Shown here: piece by piece, positions 1-17,633 of the stretch | Layout: each line of letters starts with the position of its first letter | Numbering within the stretch: the stretch's first letter is position 1 | Origin: the human T2T-CHM13v2.0 reference genome, Homo sapiens | Assembly: GCF_009914755.1 (NCBI RefSeq) | Contig: NC_060932.1 | DNA: 64,000 nucleotides | Reading direction: 5' to 3' (one strand) | Notes under the pieces: generated by a model | Told to the model about the DNA's origin: nothing | Database searches by the model: none | What the model saw: only the letters and a program-made list of their open reading frames with translations | Program-made: the position numbers and the translations under genes

Positions 1-325
1 CTACAAAGAAATGCCCGAGACTGGGTAATTTATAGAGGAAAGAGGTTTAATTGACTCACAGTCCCACAGGGCTGGGGAGGCCTCATGAAACTTACAATTA
101 TGGTGGAAGGGGAAGAGGCATGGAGTGCCAGCAAGAGCAGGGAAAACTGCCTTATAAAACCATCAGATCTCATGAGAACTCATTCACTATGAGAACAGCA
201 TGGGGGAAACTGCCCCCATGATCCAGTCGCCTCCCACCTGGTCCCCCTCCCCACCACGTGGGGAATGTGGGGATTGCAATTCGAGATAAGGTTTGGGTGG
301 GGGACCCAGAGCCAAATTATATCAA
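1..325 (-). mobile_element. THE1D-like MaLR LTR (cut by window start)
   Basis: GAGACTGGGTAATTTATA...GAGGTTTAATTGACTCACAG...ACCATCAGATCTCATGAGAACTCA. Confidence 0.85.
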
Positions 326-574
326 TCTTTAAGGCTTCCTGAAATTCACCTCTCTGGTCATAATCCCATCTCCTCCTCTCAAATCTATTCTTCCACTTCA
401 TTCAAACTTGAGTTCTTGTATTCCTGTTTTCTAGCATTCTAGAGAACATGGGTCACTTGCCTACCGGGGATCCATTACTCCTTTGTTCCACACCAACTAT
501 TCCTTCCCCATACAGTCACTGTGTGGCCTAAGTGGATAGAAGTGGGAGATTTGTGACTCAGGCCTGGCCAACAT

Positions 575-775
575 ATCTGTTCAACAAATATTTATATGAT
601 GCTTACTCTGAGTGAGGCATTGTTCTAAGCACTTTATAAATGTTAGCTTATGTAACCCTCATAACAAGTCTATTAGATAAGTACTATTTATCATCTGCAT
701 TTTAAAATGAGAAAACTAAGGCACAGAGAGGTTACATGATTTGCCCAGGGTGCACAGTTAGTAAGCTTTGCTTTC
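575..775. mobile_element. L2/MIR fragments
   Basis: TTCAACAAATATTT and CATTTTAAAATGAGAAAACTAAGGCACAGAGAGGTTA (MIR core). Confidence 0.7.
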
Positions 776-3700
776 TCTGAAGTGGGGTGATTCGTTCAGG
801 GATGAATATGTGACCTACAAGCCAACAAGACCCAATTACTGGGGCTTCTTGGCAAGAGACTTTTGGTTTTCTCCCCTGGACATGAAGCTGGGGTGGCTGT
901 GAAAAGCAGTGCAGCCACCTGGTGATAACAGGGAGAAAGCTTCTTTGAGGATGGAGCCATGGTAGAACTGAGAGAAAGGAAAAGAAGGAAGAGACCGAAA
1001 CAGTCCCAATGACAAAATGGGAGTTCCTGAGCAGACTGCCTGTAGCCAGCCTACTCCTGGCCACTTCAGTTTGGTGAGTCAGTGAATTCTCTTTCTCCTT
1101 AAAGCGGTTTGGGTTGAGTTATCTTTCACTGGAAATCAAAAGATTCCTCAAGGGTACAGTTCAGTTCACCAATCTCTCAATTCAGCATACATATCTTTTA
1201 CTATTATAAGGTCAATTGATGAAAAAATGATATGCTTATGAACATAAACACTTAAATATTTAAATATTTCGTTTTGGTAGCATAGTATTACACAGAAAAA
1301 TCATAATTCACACAGATAAGCATCATATACACATAATTTCATAAGCACAAGTGCAAATGAGCCTGGTTTGTTTTTCTCAAAAGGCCAATGCAAAACTGTA
1401 AATGTCCAAATCAGTGACACACTTACAAAAAGTATGCACAAAGATGGCAGAAACTGTATTTTTACCTCCATTCTGGTGTAAACTCCTTTGCCTGATTTAA
1501 GTCCCCCTTGATCTGCTGAAATACTGGCCAAATCAGAGTCTCTTGATAATCTTCGTTTATGTGGATGCTTATGCTGCATTCAGCACTGTTTGCCTTCTGG
1601 TTTCCTTGCTGTCTTGCTTCGGATTCTCTGATAGTTCACTTCTTTGGTTTTTCTCTTTTCCTTTTGTGTTTCCATTTTTCCCACTTGTGTCTCCCGAGTG
1701 CTGGCATCCCCCAGGATTTTATTCCCAATAGAAATTTTCAGTATTAGTATAAGTAGTACGTAGGATACAGGCTTAGCTGCTGTGACAAAAAGACAACCCC
1801 TCCCCAAATTAATCAACAACAGTGCTCCAACGAGAAAGAAGTTTATTTTTCCTCCACTTGCTAGTCTGGAGCTACGCAGGCAGTCCAGGGCGGTGCCCCG
1901 GTTCGTCCTGTCCTGCTCTACCACCATTCCTAGGTGGTATCCTCATTTTCATGCTGAGGACTGCCGTACCAGCACCGTGTCAATGTTATAAACTGTCGCA
2001 GGGGGAAAAAGAATGGGGAGAAAGAAGGCAGCCTCCTTTTCAAAGGACATGACCTAGAAGTTGCATGTCATCACTTCCACTCACATCCCATTGGCCAGAA
2101 CTTGGTCACATGACCACACAAAGGTGCAAGGGAAGCTCAAGTCGGGTGTCCATGTGCCTATTTCAAACTAGGGAGACTTATCACTAACATGAAGGTGGGA
2201 GAATGGGTCCTGGGGGCCACGAACAGTCTTCTCCCGGCCTTCCTCTCTTCTTCCTCCATGCGGTGGTCTTTGTCCATCTTGCCTTATCTCGTGGCTTTAG
2301 CTCTGCCCTACACACAGTGACTCCCAAGTATCTAGTCTAACTGCGTCCTGGACTTCACTCGCAGATCAGCATGCACACTTCCCCCTACTTCCCTCTGCCT
2401 TCCCTGTCCTTTAGAGGGATACCACCAACCTCCTCGTCATGCAGTCCCCAAATGTTGCGTCTTCAGCGCCCACTCCCTGCCCTCTGTTCTCCAACATGGA
2501 ATGAATGACCATCTAAGCCCTCCTGCACATTTCCTCCCGCTCATTCTTCCCAACACTTGAGCTGCTGTGAAAGCCTCCGTCCTGGTCTCTACAGCCAGCT
2601 TTCTTCTTCTAGTACATCCTTACCCACAGCTCTCCAAAAGACATTTAAAAATTATAACTCGGTTCACATTACTCCCTGTTCAAAAACCTTTGACTGGGTT
2701 TGCTATGGTGGAAGATCTGAACTCCTTGCTGTGCAGGTACAGTTTACCCTCCCTGCATTTTCTCCTGTACTCTTGTAAACTCTGGGTACAGGAACATCTC
2801 CCCATCGCCCAGTATGCCCGGTTGCTCTTATTTCTGGCTCAGGTTTTTTCAGCTGTTCTCTCCTCTCACCCCCCATGTGCCTGGCAAATCCTGCCCATCC
2901 TCCAAGGTCCCCCTCTGGTGCCACCTCTTCCCGTCTCTCAGCCACTGCCCCAGCAGCCCCGCCCTGCCGTCCCTGCCACAGACACCCAGGCTTCTCTGCT
3001 TTCGCAGCCTTTTGCTTGGAAACTCTTTTAGTCCTGACCCAGTCTGCCTAGCTGTGCCCAGATGCCCCCTCCTGGAGGGCCCGGCCTAAGCCTCCTCCCG
3101 ACGCGTTCACTCCCTGCCCCACCCTAAAGGGGCTGGCGCTGTCTCTCCGTCCTAGAAGGGGCTCAATGCCTCTCGGTGTTGCCGCAAATCTAACCCTAGG
3201 ATGCCTTTCTTATTAAAGCGGGAAACTTCTGCAGGGGCCACGGGACAGCGTGGAGGGCTCTGCGCGCAGGGCAGAGACTGCAGTTCACTGCCCTGCGGTT
3301 TTGCACTTCGCCCCGGCCCTGCTCTTGGCTGCGCTCCGATGTCAGCGTGACCTGGAGTCAGCTGCCGCGCCCTCCCACACCCGCTCCTGCCAGCACCCCC
3401 GTCTGCTTTCCGGAGCTGTTCAGACTGCAGGGTAAATGCTGTCTGGAACCCGATCCAGGGTTTAAAAATAATCCAAAGGTCTGACCCACTGAGATCCTTC
3501 TCTAGATCTTCCAGTTGGGAAGCTCTTCCAGGCAGCACATGTGCATGATTTCAAAGAACCCAGGATGCAGACCCCCGCCCCAACACAGGCCACCCAAGCT
3601 GTGGCCTGTGAGCTGCCTGGGGCCGTTCCTCTTTCAGTAGAGCCACCCTTGGCCCAAGTTTGGGGAAGAGCCCTGGCTTTCTCCCTCCCTGTGAGGCTGC

Positions 3701-4310
3701 TGGTGCGGTAGGTCCCGCCCCTCCCTCCTCATCCCAGGCTGAGAACTTTTGAGGTTACAGCCAGATGCTGCTAACTGGGCAGAGACATCAGTTCCTTCAA
3801 GCTCGCCTGGCTGATCGCCCCCTCTCACCCTACTCCCCTAGCCGGCCAGCCTGCCCCAGGCCCTCAGCCAGCAGCCACCACAGGGTGAGCTGAGGCAACC
3901 ATTTCTGTCACTATCTTTGCTTCCCAAGCCCTGTTTCGCCCAAAGTGAAGGTCAGGTGGAAGGTTCCAGCTCATGTTTTTCTTTGGGAGGCTGCCGTTGG
4001 AAGTAGTGCCATATGGGGACTGGGCTTTTACTTCCTTCCCAGGGCAAGAGCCTCATCTTTAGCAAAAGAGAATCTTCAAGGCTCTGCCATTTGGAACATG
4101 CTTCCAGGCAGCAGATGACACCTGCAGCTGTGACTAAGGCCAGAGCGAGCCAAGTGCCCCGGGACTCTGAGGTGGAGGGCGGGAGATGGAAGAACCATAG
4201 AAGTAAAAAGCAGAAACCCATTTAAAACTTGGTCATAAAAACTCATGACTCCTTTGGGTGGCTTAATTCCAGAATTGTACCCTCTGGTGGAATCCTAAAG
4301 AATTCTGTGC

Positions 4311-4609
<299 letters not shown>

Positions 4610-4914
4610 CAAATTCTGTGAATTATTTAACACAATCCCACCCTCCTGCACCAAGACCACCCCCCACATGTATCTCCACCACCATCGAAAACCAGAAAGA
4701 AGAGGTTAGAAGGAGGTCAGAACTTACCTAAGAGAAGAACCTGAAACCAGTGGAGCTTGTATTCCTGGTTTTCCCTTTCCCTAGTTCCTTCAGGTTCTCC
4801 TTGACCTGAGGTCTCCTTGATATCCCATCTGGGCCAGCTCTTCTCTCAATCACTCAATAAAGAATTAATTGATCAGCACCAGTTAGGTGCCAAGTGCTGT
4901 TGTAACAAATATCA

Positions 4915-5306
<392 letters not shown>

Positions 5307-6939
5307 TTAGTCCTCACTTAGGTTGGTGAGTTTGTAACGACTCATGAGAAAGAAGCTCCTTTCTCAGGCTTATGTGGAAGAAGAGTGGCTGCAAAGCTGA
5401 AGAATAGGCCTCCAGTCTTCAAGTTTCCAGGCTCCCAAGATCTGCAAATGTAGAGGCAGTTCTAGAGGAGACTTGGATTTTCAGTCAATGGGCCCTGATG
5501 AGACACCAGGCTCCTGGTTGCAGGAGAGTACAGGCCAGCAACAGAGTACTGTATTCTATTCAAATTCTGTCCCTGAATTTGCCTTCTCTTCTCCCTTCCA
5601 GAGCTCCTGGTTCAGACACTCCTCACATCATGTCTGTACTATAACAATAGGTTACAATCGCAAACAACTATTTTTGTGATCCCAGAAAAGAGCTCTTTTT
5701 CTTCTGGGAAATTCTCCTTCCCCATCTCTGATTATGTGTTTTGAAAGGAAACCGCCATTGCCTCGAGATCTTGTTATCTTGGCCCTGTTGATGGGACCAG
5801 AGATGGACACCTGACCCAAACCTGGCCAATGACAGCCATTCCTTGGGATAATTGATCTTGGGACAAAGGGAGTGACTGTCATTTCCTGGCACTAGTGACA
5901 GTGTAAGAGCTGAGGCCCAGGACCATGAACAGTCTTGTGTGATGTAACGTAAGTCAGCCTGAGAGATTGAAGCTGACACAGACAGAATCAGAGTCAGTCA
6001 TGTGATGGAGAAGCCTGGCAGTGCCCCTGAAGCTCAGCAATACCTCTGCCCTTTCCATGGTCAGGTGAGATAATACAGTCCACTTTTTGCCAGTTGAATT
6101 GGATTTTTGCTAAAAGGACCCTGTAAATACATCTCCTAATGGGTTTTCCTGCCTCCAGGACTGCCAACCTCCAACCCATCCTCCAGATTGCTTCCAGATG
6201 GATCTTTCTATATTGCTGATCCAGGCACACCATTTTTCTGCCCAGAACTCTTCAGGGATTCCCCACCATTGAAGAAAAAGGTCCAAAATTGTTAGCATAG
6301 CATTCCTGTAAATTCTGCCTTCTAGATCACTATCTCCAACCTCTCCTCCTGCATTTTCCATTTCTTCAACTCACATGAGGCCACTGCTTTGTGCCAGAAC
6401 CATGCTGTGTATGTTCACAGCTTTAGCACTTGCTTAGACTTCTCTGTCTTCCTGAAGCCATTTCCCTCTAAACAGACTTCCAGTTGTCCTTCAGGCTTCA
6501 TCTTGGGTGATGATGATGACTTTCCCAATACTTAAACTAAAATCAGTTCCCTTAGCTTCCATTTTAAAGCATTTTATTTATGCATTCACCACTCAACAAA
6601 TGTTTGTCAAGCAACTCCTAAGTGCCAGGTACTGTGCCAAGAGCCTGAACCCAAAAGACACTGCTCTTGCTCTCATGGAACTTATATCTAGTGGGAGTAG
6701 TGGGGAGGCAAGTAGGTAGTATAGATAGATTAGACAGGGTGATTTCTGTCTAGATGTAGGCACACTCACACACTTCAGTGGTTCAGAGGTGTCTGAATCT
6801 GGGGATACCAGGTAGGATAAGGGGCCTACGTTATAGGACTGCTATAGGATTAAATGAGTTTATACATTTAAGGCAATAGAACAATGCCAGGCATGGTGAG
6901 TGTGAGTTATTTATAAGCTCAAAGATGTATGAAAAACTC

Positions 6940-7574
<635 letters not shown>

Positions 7575-7919
7575 TCACAAGATGATATGTATATGTTCAT
7601 CAGTTTATAAATGTATAAAGAGGGGCTGGAGCTCACCTAACTCTAGAGAGTCGTTACTGCAGGGGAGACACGAGGGCATGAGGAACCTCTTGCTTATTAC
7701 TTTGTACACTGAAATGGTATTGAAGCCCTTTTGATGAGACTCAACCCAGGAAACACAAATTAAAGACAAAATGAGATATCACTTTATACGCACCAGATTG
7801 GCAAAATTGGAAAGAACTGTAAGACCTATTGCTGGTGGGGATGTGGGGAAAGGGTGCTCTCATTCAATACTGGTGGAAACGGAAACAGCTGTGATACATT
7901 TTCACCTAGTAATTTCAAT

Positions 7920-8280
7920 CATTTTTAAATAACAGCTCTATTGAGATGTAATTTACGTACCATAAAATTCACCCATTTTAGGCATACACTCCACTGGTTT
8001 TTAGTATATTCAGAGTTGGGGAAGCATCACACAATTAATTTTAGAACATTTTCGTTACTCTAAAAGGAATCCTGTTGCACCCGTTAGAAATTGCCCCCCG
8101 TTTCTCTGCCCTACCCCGCCCCCTGAAGCCCTAGACAGTCATCAATCTACTTTCTGTCCCTTCGGATTTGCCCGTACTGGACATTTCCTATTAATGGAAT
8201 CATACAGCATGTGGCCCTTTGTGACTGGCTTATTTTGCTTAACATAATGCTCTCCAGGTCCATTCATGTTGCAGTAATCT
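7920..8280 (-). mobile_element. Old L1M 3' fragment
   Basis: CAGCTCTATTGAGATGTAATT...ATGGAATCATACAGCATGTGGCC. Confidence 0.7.
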
Positions 8281-8374
8281 CATTCTAAAGAATCCGTCCA
8301 TTCCATAACAATAAAGGCACCAGTGCCTCTGGACATATGCAGGATGTTTATTGCAGAATCTTCCATAACAGTAA

Positions 8375-8401
8375 AAGAAAATAAGGGAAAGAAAGAAGAA
8401 A

Positions 8402-8444
<43 letters not shown>

Positions 8445-8525
8445 GAAAGAAGGAAGGAAGGAAGGAAAAAGAAAAGAAAGAGAGAGAAAAAGAGAAAGAG
8501 AGAGAAAAAGAAAAAAAGGAAAATG
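8375..8525. repeat. (GAAA)n/(GGAA)n purine microsatellite
   Basis: Directly visible. Confidence 0.95.
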
Positions 8526-8538
8526 GGAAACGCCATGA

Positions 8539-9308
<770 letters not shown>

Positions 9309-10399
9309 GCTCCTCTATATTTAAGCCTTATGCCCAAATATGAAAAGACCTGACCTGGGTTCAAAGATTGCAGAGAGAAACCCTTGAATACTGCTCAGTC
9401 CTATCTATAAGCTTGCTTGAGCCTAAAAAGTATGAAAGCAAAGCAGACAAAGGGTATATCTGAGAGAGGGTTGTTCCTCGGGAGTCCCCTTCTCTTCCTC
9501 CAGTAGAGGGTCCCAGCCAGGTGAGGTGAGGAGGTTGCCCTGACCAGTGGCTTGGCCTTACGCCATTGTAAGGGCTCACCAGCATCTGGTTATGCCAAAC
9601 ATCAGTCAGTACTTCTGAGGAACTACATACAATTCCATTTATGCATCTGGATAAAATTTTACATATTTTAAGGCATTTATAAAGAAATTAAATGTAAAAA
9701 TTAAAAAGACAAAGAAAGTATATATGCTACTTGGATAATTTAAAAAGAAACAAAATACAAAATGCCAGCTGCCCAACTGCGAGAAGGACTCAATTCTTTC
9801 TCCTCGCTTCCCTATCTTACCCCAAGGATGAGTTTTCTAACAGAAGACTGTGAGCTTATGAGCTGCAGTTTGGCTTCGTGCATTCCCTTAGTGATGCTTC
9901 CTTGAGCATATGAGCTGTTTTCTTACAAAATTCTACCATGAATAATTGAAGTTAAGCATTTCCAGTCAAAATAAATCAACACTGAATGGTACCCTTATAT
10001 TTTCCTATTCTTTACAGCTTTTCTAATCCACCAAAAGTGGTAATTCAAATTAAATGGAATTTCCTTGTCATGTTGCTGAATTTTCCGGGTTCCACTAAAT
10101 TAATTGCTAGGTTAAAGCAGCAAATGAACTACAAGGAAATGGCAAGTCAGAGGCTTACCCAATGTGAACCTAAAGGGAAATTGTTGGCTCTCATTTTTCT
10201 GGGGCTCCAGAACTTCTTAACTGACGCAATTCTTAGTGATGAGATACTTCAGGCTCAAATGAGTGGCTCAAAAACCATTGATGAGTTGATGATGTCATCA
10301 AGACCTGGGTCTTTCTAATAACACTGTTCTCTGCCATTCTCATATGTCGGCTTTCTATCCTTAGCCATGTTGCCTCATCGTAGTAGGTTAATTGGTGCT

Positions 10400-11830
<1,431 letters not shown>

Positions 11831-13143
11831 GGTCTAAATATGGCTGTCACACCACAAACATCACATCCTCACACCATTGTATTCAAAGCAGAAAGAAACA
11901 GAGTTTGGACAATGAATTTTATTTTTTTATTAGCAGATCTTTACTCTCCTTACTTATTAGCCAGGATATGTGGCCACTTCTGGCTGCAAGGGAATATGGG
12001 AAAATTAATATCTGGCACAAAAGAGCAGCAGGAGTTTGAAAATGTGGGGAAACCATGTTAGTTATCAGCAATGGTGACCGTCATTTAACAGGTGGCAACT
12101 AGAGATCCTAGTGATACTGTTACGTGCAGGATATCCCCACACCATGCAAGCTGTTGAGGCACACTGGAGATCAACTATGAGTTATCCCTGTAGGCTTCTA
12201 TCTGGCTGCCCTGTTAACAAAGAACAGGGAAGGAGGGGGCAGGAGGGTTGGCAAGACAGCCAGGCACCTTACAAGGACTGCCACACATGGACGTGACTCA
12301 CTAGAATTCAGTAGGGAAATGAAGTTGTTCTACGGGACTGTGGCACACAAACTGACTGGGATTGTAACAGGTATTCTTGGCTTTTGTTGGTGTGTGGCCA
12401 GGTTCATTCATTCATTTATTCAGTGAACACAATTCAAATGGACTTAATTGGAAAAAGGTTCAATCACTAGTATACATAACCGAAAGTCCAATGGAAGATT
12501 TTCTGGAGCTTAGGGGGTCCAGTGCTGTCATCGAGACTTGGTCTCTCTCCATATCTGTCCCCTGGCTCTGCTTTCTGTGTGTTGGTTTCATTCAGTCTCC
12601 TCCCACTCAGAGGGAAAATGGCCATCAGACATTCCAGATTCACGTTCCAGTCTCTCAGGTATCCTGGCAAAAGAGCTTCTCTTCACAAGGGTCCAATAAA
12701 CATCCCTGCACTAAGTCTAACTGGGTCATCTCAGGACAAGTACCCATTCCTGTGCCATCTCTGTGACTTGAGGGTAGATTACACGGTCTGTCAAGGTTTG
12801 GATAGAGCAGAGAGGAGGGTGTGTTGGAAGTGGGGACATGGGTTCAGCCACTCAAACCACGTGCACTCAGAGTAAGGAACAAATACCTGCTACACTCGCA
12901 ATTTGTAAAATGAATGCCATTGTGGACAAGCATGAGATATGCGGGGTCAGTGCAAATTCATCATCACTCTTGGTGGTAGGGAGGACAACTTAGAGTGTAG
13001 GAAGGACCTTCTAATAGGGCAGGAGGTTATAGCATCCTCAAGATACACTGTAATAATTGACCCTCAGGAACAGAAAGCTGAGGAAACCACAGTGGGAAAT
13101 TACATTCAATTAGCATCTGTAACACTTAACAATCTATAAGGCA

Positions 13144-13456
<313 letters not shown>

Positions 13457-13573
13457 TCTATAAGGCATAATATTGGGCATTAATCAGGCTCTCTGGTTTC
13501 GTGTTGGATGTGCAACCCAAACATCAGAAGCCATCAAAGTGGCATTTCAATGTTGCTTCTGTCTATTTATCGA

Positions 13574-13867
13574 TTTATTTATTTTGAGACAGAGTCTCAC
13601 TCTGTCGCCCAGGCTGGAGTGCAGTGGCACAACCTTGGCTCACTGCAACCTCCACCTCCTGGATTCAAGCGATTCTCGTGGCTCAGCCTCCTGAGTAGCT
13701 AGGATTATAGGCACGCACCACCACGCCCGGCTAATTTTTTGTACTTTTAGTACAGATGGGTTTTCGCCATGTTGCCCAGGCTGGTCTCAAACTCCTGAGC
13801 TCAGGCAATCCACCCACTTCGGCCTCCCAAAATGCTAGGATTACAGGCGTGAGCCACCGTGCCCAGC
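13574..13867 (-). mobile_element. AluS element
   Basis: Full reverse-complement Alu. Confidence 0.9.
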
Positions 13868-14319
13868 ACCTTTTCTATTTAATTACTATGAATGGTCATA
13901 CACATTACACAGCTCCTTTGTGAAGAATGGTATGAGTTGTGAGTGTTTGGGAAGATTTTCAAGGCAATGCTTTTGGTTTACACTTCAGTAAGCATATTAG
14001 CCTATTGTTAAATACTTATTAACCTTATCAGAAGAAGAGGAAGAAGAAAAAGAAGAGGAAGAAGAACAATACAGTAGAGAGTAGCATGTTACCAAGCAAC
14101 AGCTTTAATAACACTGTTGGTGGGGGTTTCAGAAAGACAATTGCTGAAATGATTTGATTCCATAAATGGAAATGGTCTTCTCTGTATGGTTTTATATTGT
14201 ATGAGCATCTCACACCAAGATCCTAAACTATGGCTGTTGTATATCACCAGAGTATGACAAATATCCCTGCACTGTGTTAAACCAGTTCTTGGCACTGGCA
14301 AAGAGAGAGCTCTAGTTCA

Positions 14320-14890
14320 CCATCTTAGTCCATTTTGCATTGCTATGAAGGAATACCTGAGACTGGGTAATTTTACAAAGAAAAAAAGGTTGATTTGGCC
14401 ATGATTCTGCTGACTGGAAGACTGGGCATCTGGTGAAGGCCTCAGGCTTCTTCCACCCAAGGCAGAAGGTGACGGGGAGCTGGCACAGCGGAGCTCACAT
14501 GGCGAGAGAGGAAGAGGCAGGAGAGAGCAGGGAGGCCAAGCGCGGTGGTTCCCGCTTGTAATTGCAACACTCTGGGAGGCAGAGGTGGGAGGATCACTTG
14601 AGGACAGGATTTAGAGACCAGTCCTGGCAAGGTAGCAAGATCCTGTCTCTACAGGAAAAAAAAAAAAAAAAGCAGGTGGGGAGGTGCCAGGCTCCCATTT
14701 TAGCAACCAGCTTTCATAGGAATGAACAGAGTGAGAACTCACTCACCCACTCTCCTCCAGGGATAGCATTCATCTATTCATGAGAAATTTGCCCCCATGA
14801 CCCAAACACCTCCCATTAGGCCCTACCTCCAACATTGGAGATAAAATTTCAACATGAGGTTTGCAGAGACAAACATCCAAAACATAGCTG
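14320..14890 (-). mobile_element. MST-type MaLR LTR with inserted Alu monomer (14533-14671)
   Basis: GAATACCTGAGACTGGGTAATTT...CCCATTAGGCCCTACCTCCAACATTGG. Confidence 0.8.
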
Positions 14891-15419
14891 TGACGAGACT
14901 TTGATTCATTCTGAAGTTATTTCCCCAACAAAATTCTATCTTGCCCTTAAAGATGACCCTTCTATAAAGGGTTGAGAAACATGGAGAATTCCAACCTGGT
15001 ATCCTAGGAATGGCATGGTGGTGGGAGCTGTCTTTTGTCCTTTGGAGGGCAAGGTTCACAACTTCAAGTTCTCTCCTTCTGGCTGCCTCCCCAGACATGC
15101 AATTCAATGCTGAGAACACGCTGCTTTTAGTTACTGCTTGCTTGATTGGTGAAAAATCAAGTGTATCTCAGACATACTTTCTGTCTCTAAGATTCTCTGA
15201 AATTTAGGGGCATGTAATTTGCCTAGAAATGTTCTAAAGGCTTCCGGATGTCAAAACATGGTAGTTGAGTGGGTGGGGCACCCAGGTGTTTGGAGAGCTG
15301 TGATCCTGCAAAGTACTTCCTAATGTTCTGCATTCTGATATGTCATGTATCTGCCTTTCAGTGCACATTGGTTATTTTATTTTTAATTTTTATTTTATTT
15401 TTAATTTTGAAATTAAAAA

Positions 15420-15696
15420 TTAAAATGGGATCTATTGCCCAGGCTGGAATGCAGTGGCACGATCTCGGCTCACTACAACCTCCGCCTCCCGGGTTCAAGC
15501 AATTCTTTGCCTCAGCCTCCCGAGTAGCTGGGATTACATGTGCCCACCACCACACCTGGCTAATTTTTGTATTTTCAATAGAGACGAAGTTTCACCATGT
15601 TGGCCAGGCTGGTCTCTAACTCCTGACCTCAAGTGATCCACCGACCTCGGCCTCCCAAAGTGCTGGGATTACAGGCGTGAGCCACCTTGTCTGGCC
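15420..15696 (-). mobile_element. AluS element
   Basis: Reverse-complement Alu. Confidence 0.88.
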
Positions 15697-16754
15697 CACG
15701 TTGGTTATTGAAAAGATATGTAGATCTGGCATGAAAATGTTTTAGAAGGCATCAAGAATCAAAGTTCTGTATAAGTAAATATAGTCTTCTGCTTGGATGT
15801 CCATAGTAGTAACAATAATTAACATATTCTGTTCCAGACACCCTGCTGGGCACTTCATATGCAGCATCTCACTTAACCCTCACACTATCTCAATGGGGTA
15901 ATATTATTCCTGTTTTACAGATATGGGGAATGCAGCTAAAGAGGTCAAATAACTTGCTCAAGTTTACACAGTGACAACACTGGAATTTGAACCCAGCAAG
16001 ACTGACTTGTCACTGCCATCCAATACTAATCCTCATCAGCATCAGGTTCGCAGGGTTGGAGCCCCTTTCTTGGAAGACCTTCTGTGGTAGGCTCTTCCCT
16101 AGTGGCCTCTTTAGGAACAATGCCTCTGACCCCTGGCCACTAGCTGAAGTTCTGGTCCAAAACAGATGAACACCCTCCCAATGATGTCCCAAGCATTGCC
16201 ACTTCCTGGAAACTCATACTGCCATGTTCCACTCATCTGATTGGATTTCCGTGATGTGGATTCTTGCCTGGACTAGTAATCATACTAAGCTGTAACTACT
16301 TACCACTCAGTGTGAAAGCACATGAGGCATATTGCTACTGATCCTTACAAGAGTCTGCATGAAGAGAGTGTATCTCCCATTTTAGAAGTAGCTCAGAGGA
16401 GTGCAAATGATGGCCCAAAACCACACGGATAGAGCATAGCAAAGTTAGCATTCAAACTCAGGTCTGCTGACATCACAGCCCATATTCATTTCATTGTTTC
16501 TAAGTTTGCTAGTCCCCATGAAACACTCTCAGTTGAACCTCTGACCACTCCCCTTGGGGGCCAGCCTCAACCCCTGGTTAGTGGCCTAACCCTAGTCCCA
16601 CCCACCACAGCTTCCTCTCCTTCCCCTCCTTCCCTCACCCTAGGCCTGCCAAGTCCACATCCCACCTTGGGATTGAGCTCGTCTGGGGTGTGAGCTTTAT
16701 TAATCCAAAATGTTCAAAAAACTTTCCATAGACTATGACTCAGAATATGTTTAA

Positions 16755-17058
16755 GCCATCATCCTCAGCAAACTAACACAGGAACAGAAAACCAAACACC
16801 TCATGTTCTCACTCATAAGTGGGAGTTGAACAATGAGAACACATGGACACAGGGAGGGGAACAACATACACCGGGGCCTGTCCGGGGGTGGGGAGTCAAG
16901 GGGAGGGAGAGCATTAGGACAAATACCTGAGGCACGTGGGACTTAAAATCTAGATGACGGATTGATAGGTGCAGCAAACCACCATGGCACATGTATACCT
17001 TTGTAACAAACCTGCACGTTCTCCACATGTATCCAGGAACTTAAAGTAAAAAAATAAA
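16755..17058 (+). mobile_element. 5'-truncated L1PA 3' end
   Basis: CTCAGCAAACTAACACAGGAACAGAAAACCAAACAC...AACCTGCACGTT...ACTTAAAGTAAAAAAA. Confidence 0.9.
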
Positions 17059-17308
17059 ACACAAAATTCAAGTATTAACTTCTGCTGTCTTTGTCATTTT
17101 CCTTTAATAGAGGTACATGGGCAATTTTAGCTCCTTGGTAGGGGGATGCTGAGAACTCTCAGGAGACAACTGTGTTATTCAGGACTCTAGGGTGAAAAGG
17201 ACAGAGACTCAGCTCAACTAGCGTAAGAGGGAAAAAAGGAGAACCTATTAGCTTACACAGCTCAGAAGTGCAGAGCACAGCTGACTTCAGGCATGACCAG
17301 TTCCACAG

Positions 17309-17633
17309 CAGTGCTGGCTAATAGAAATATAAGGCAAGCCTCATATGTAGTTTGAAATTTTCTGGTAGTCACATTAAGAAAAGTAAAAAGAAATAGGTAA
17401 AGTTAATTTTAAAATATATTTTCTTTAATCTAATATATCCACAATATTATCATTTCAGTATGTAACCAATATAAAAATTATTAATGATATATTTTCATTC
17501 CTTTTTTTAAAATACTAAGTCTTTGAAACCCTGTGTGTATTATATACTTATGGCACATCTCAATTCAAACTAGGTACATTTCAAATACTCAAAAGCTGCA
17601 TGAGGCTAGTGGCCACCATATTGGACAGTGCAG
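17309..17633. mobile_element. MER33-like hAT-Charlie DNA transposon
   Basis: CAGTGCTGGCTAATAGAAATATAA...ACCATATTGGACAGTG; ~325 bp with an AT-rich core. Confidence 0.75.
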
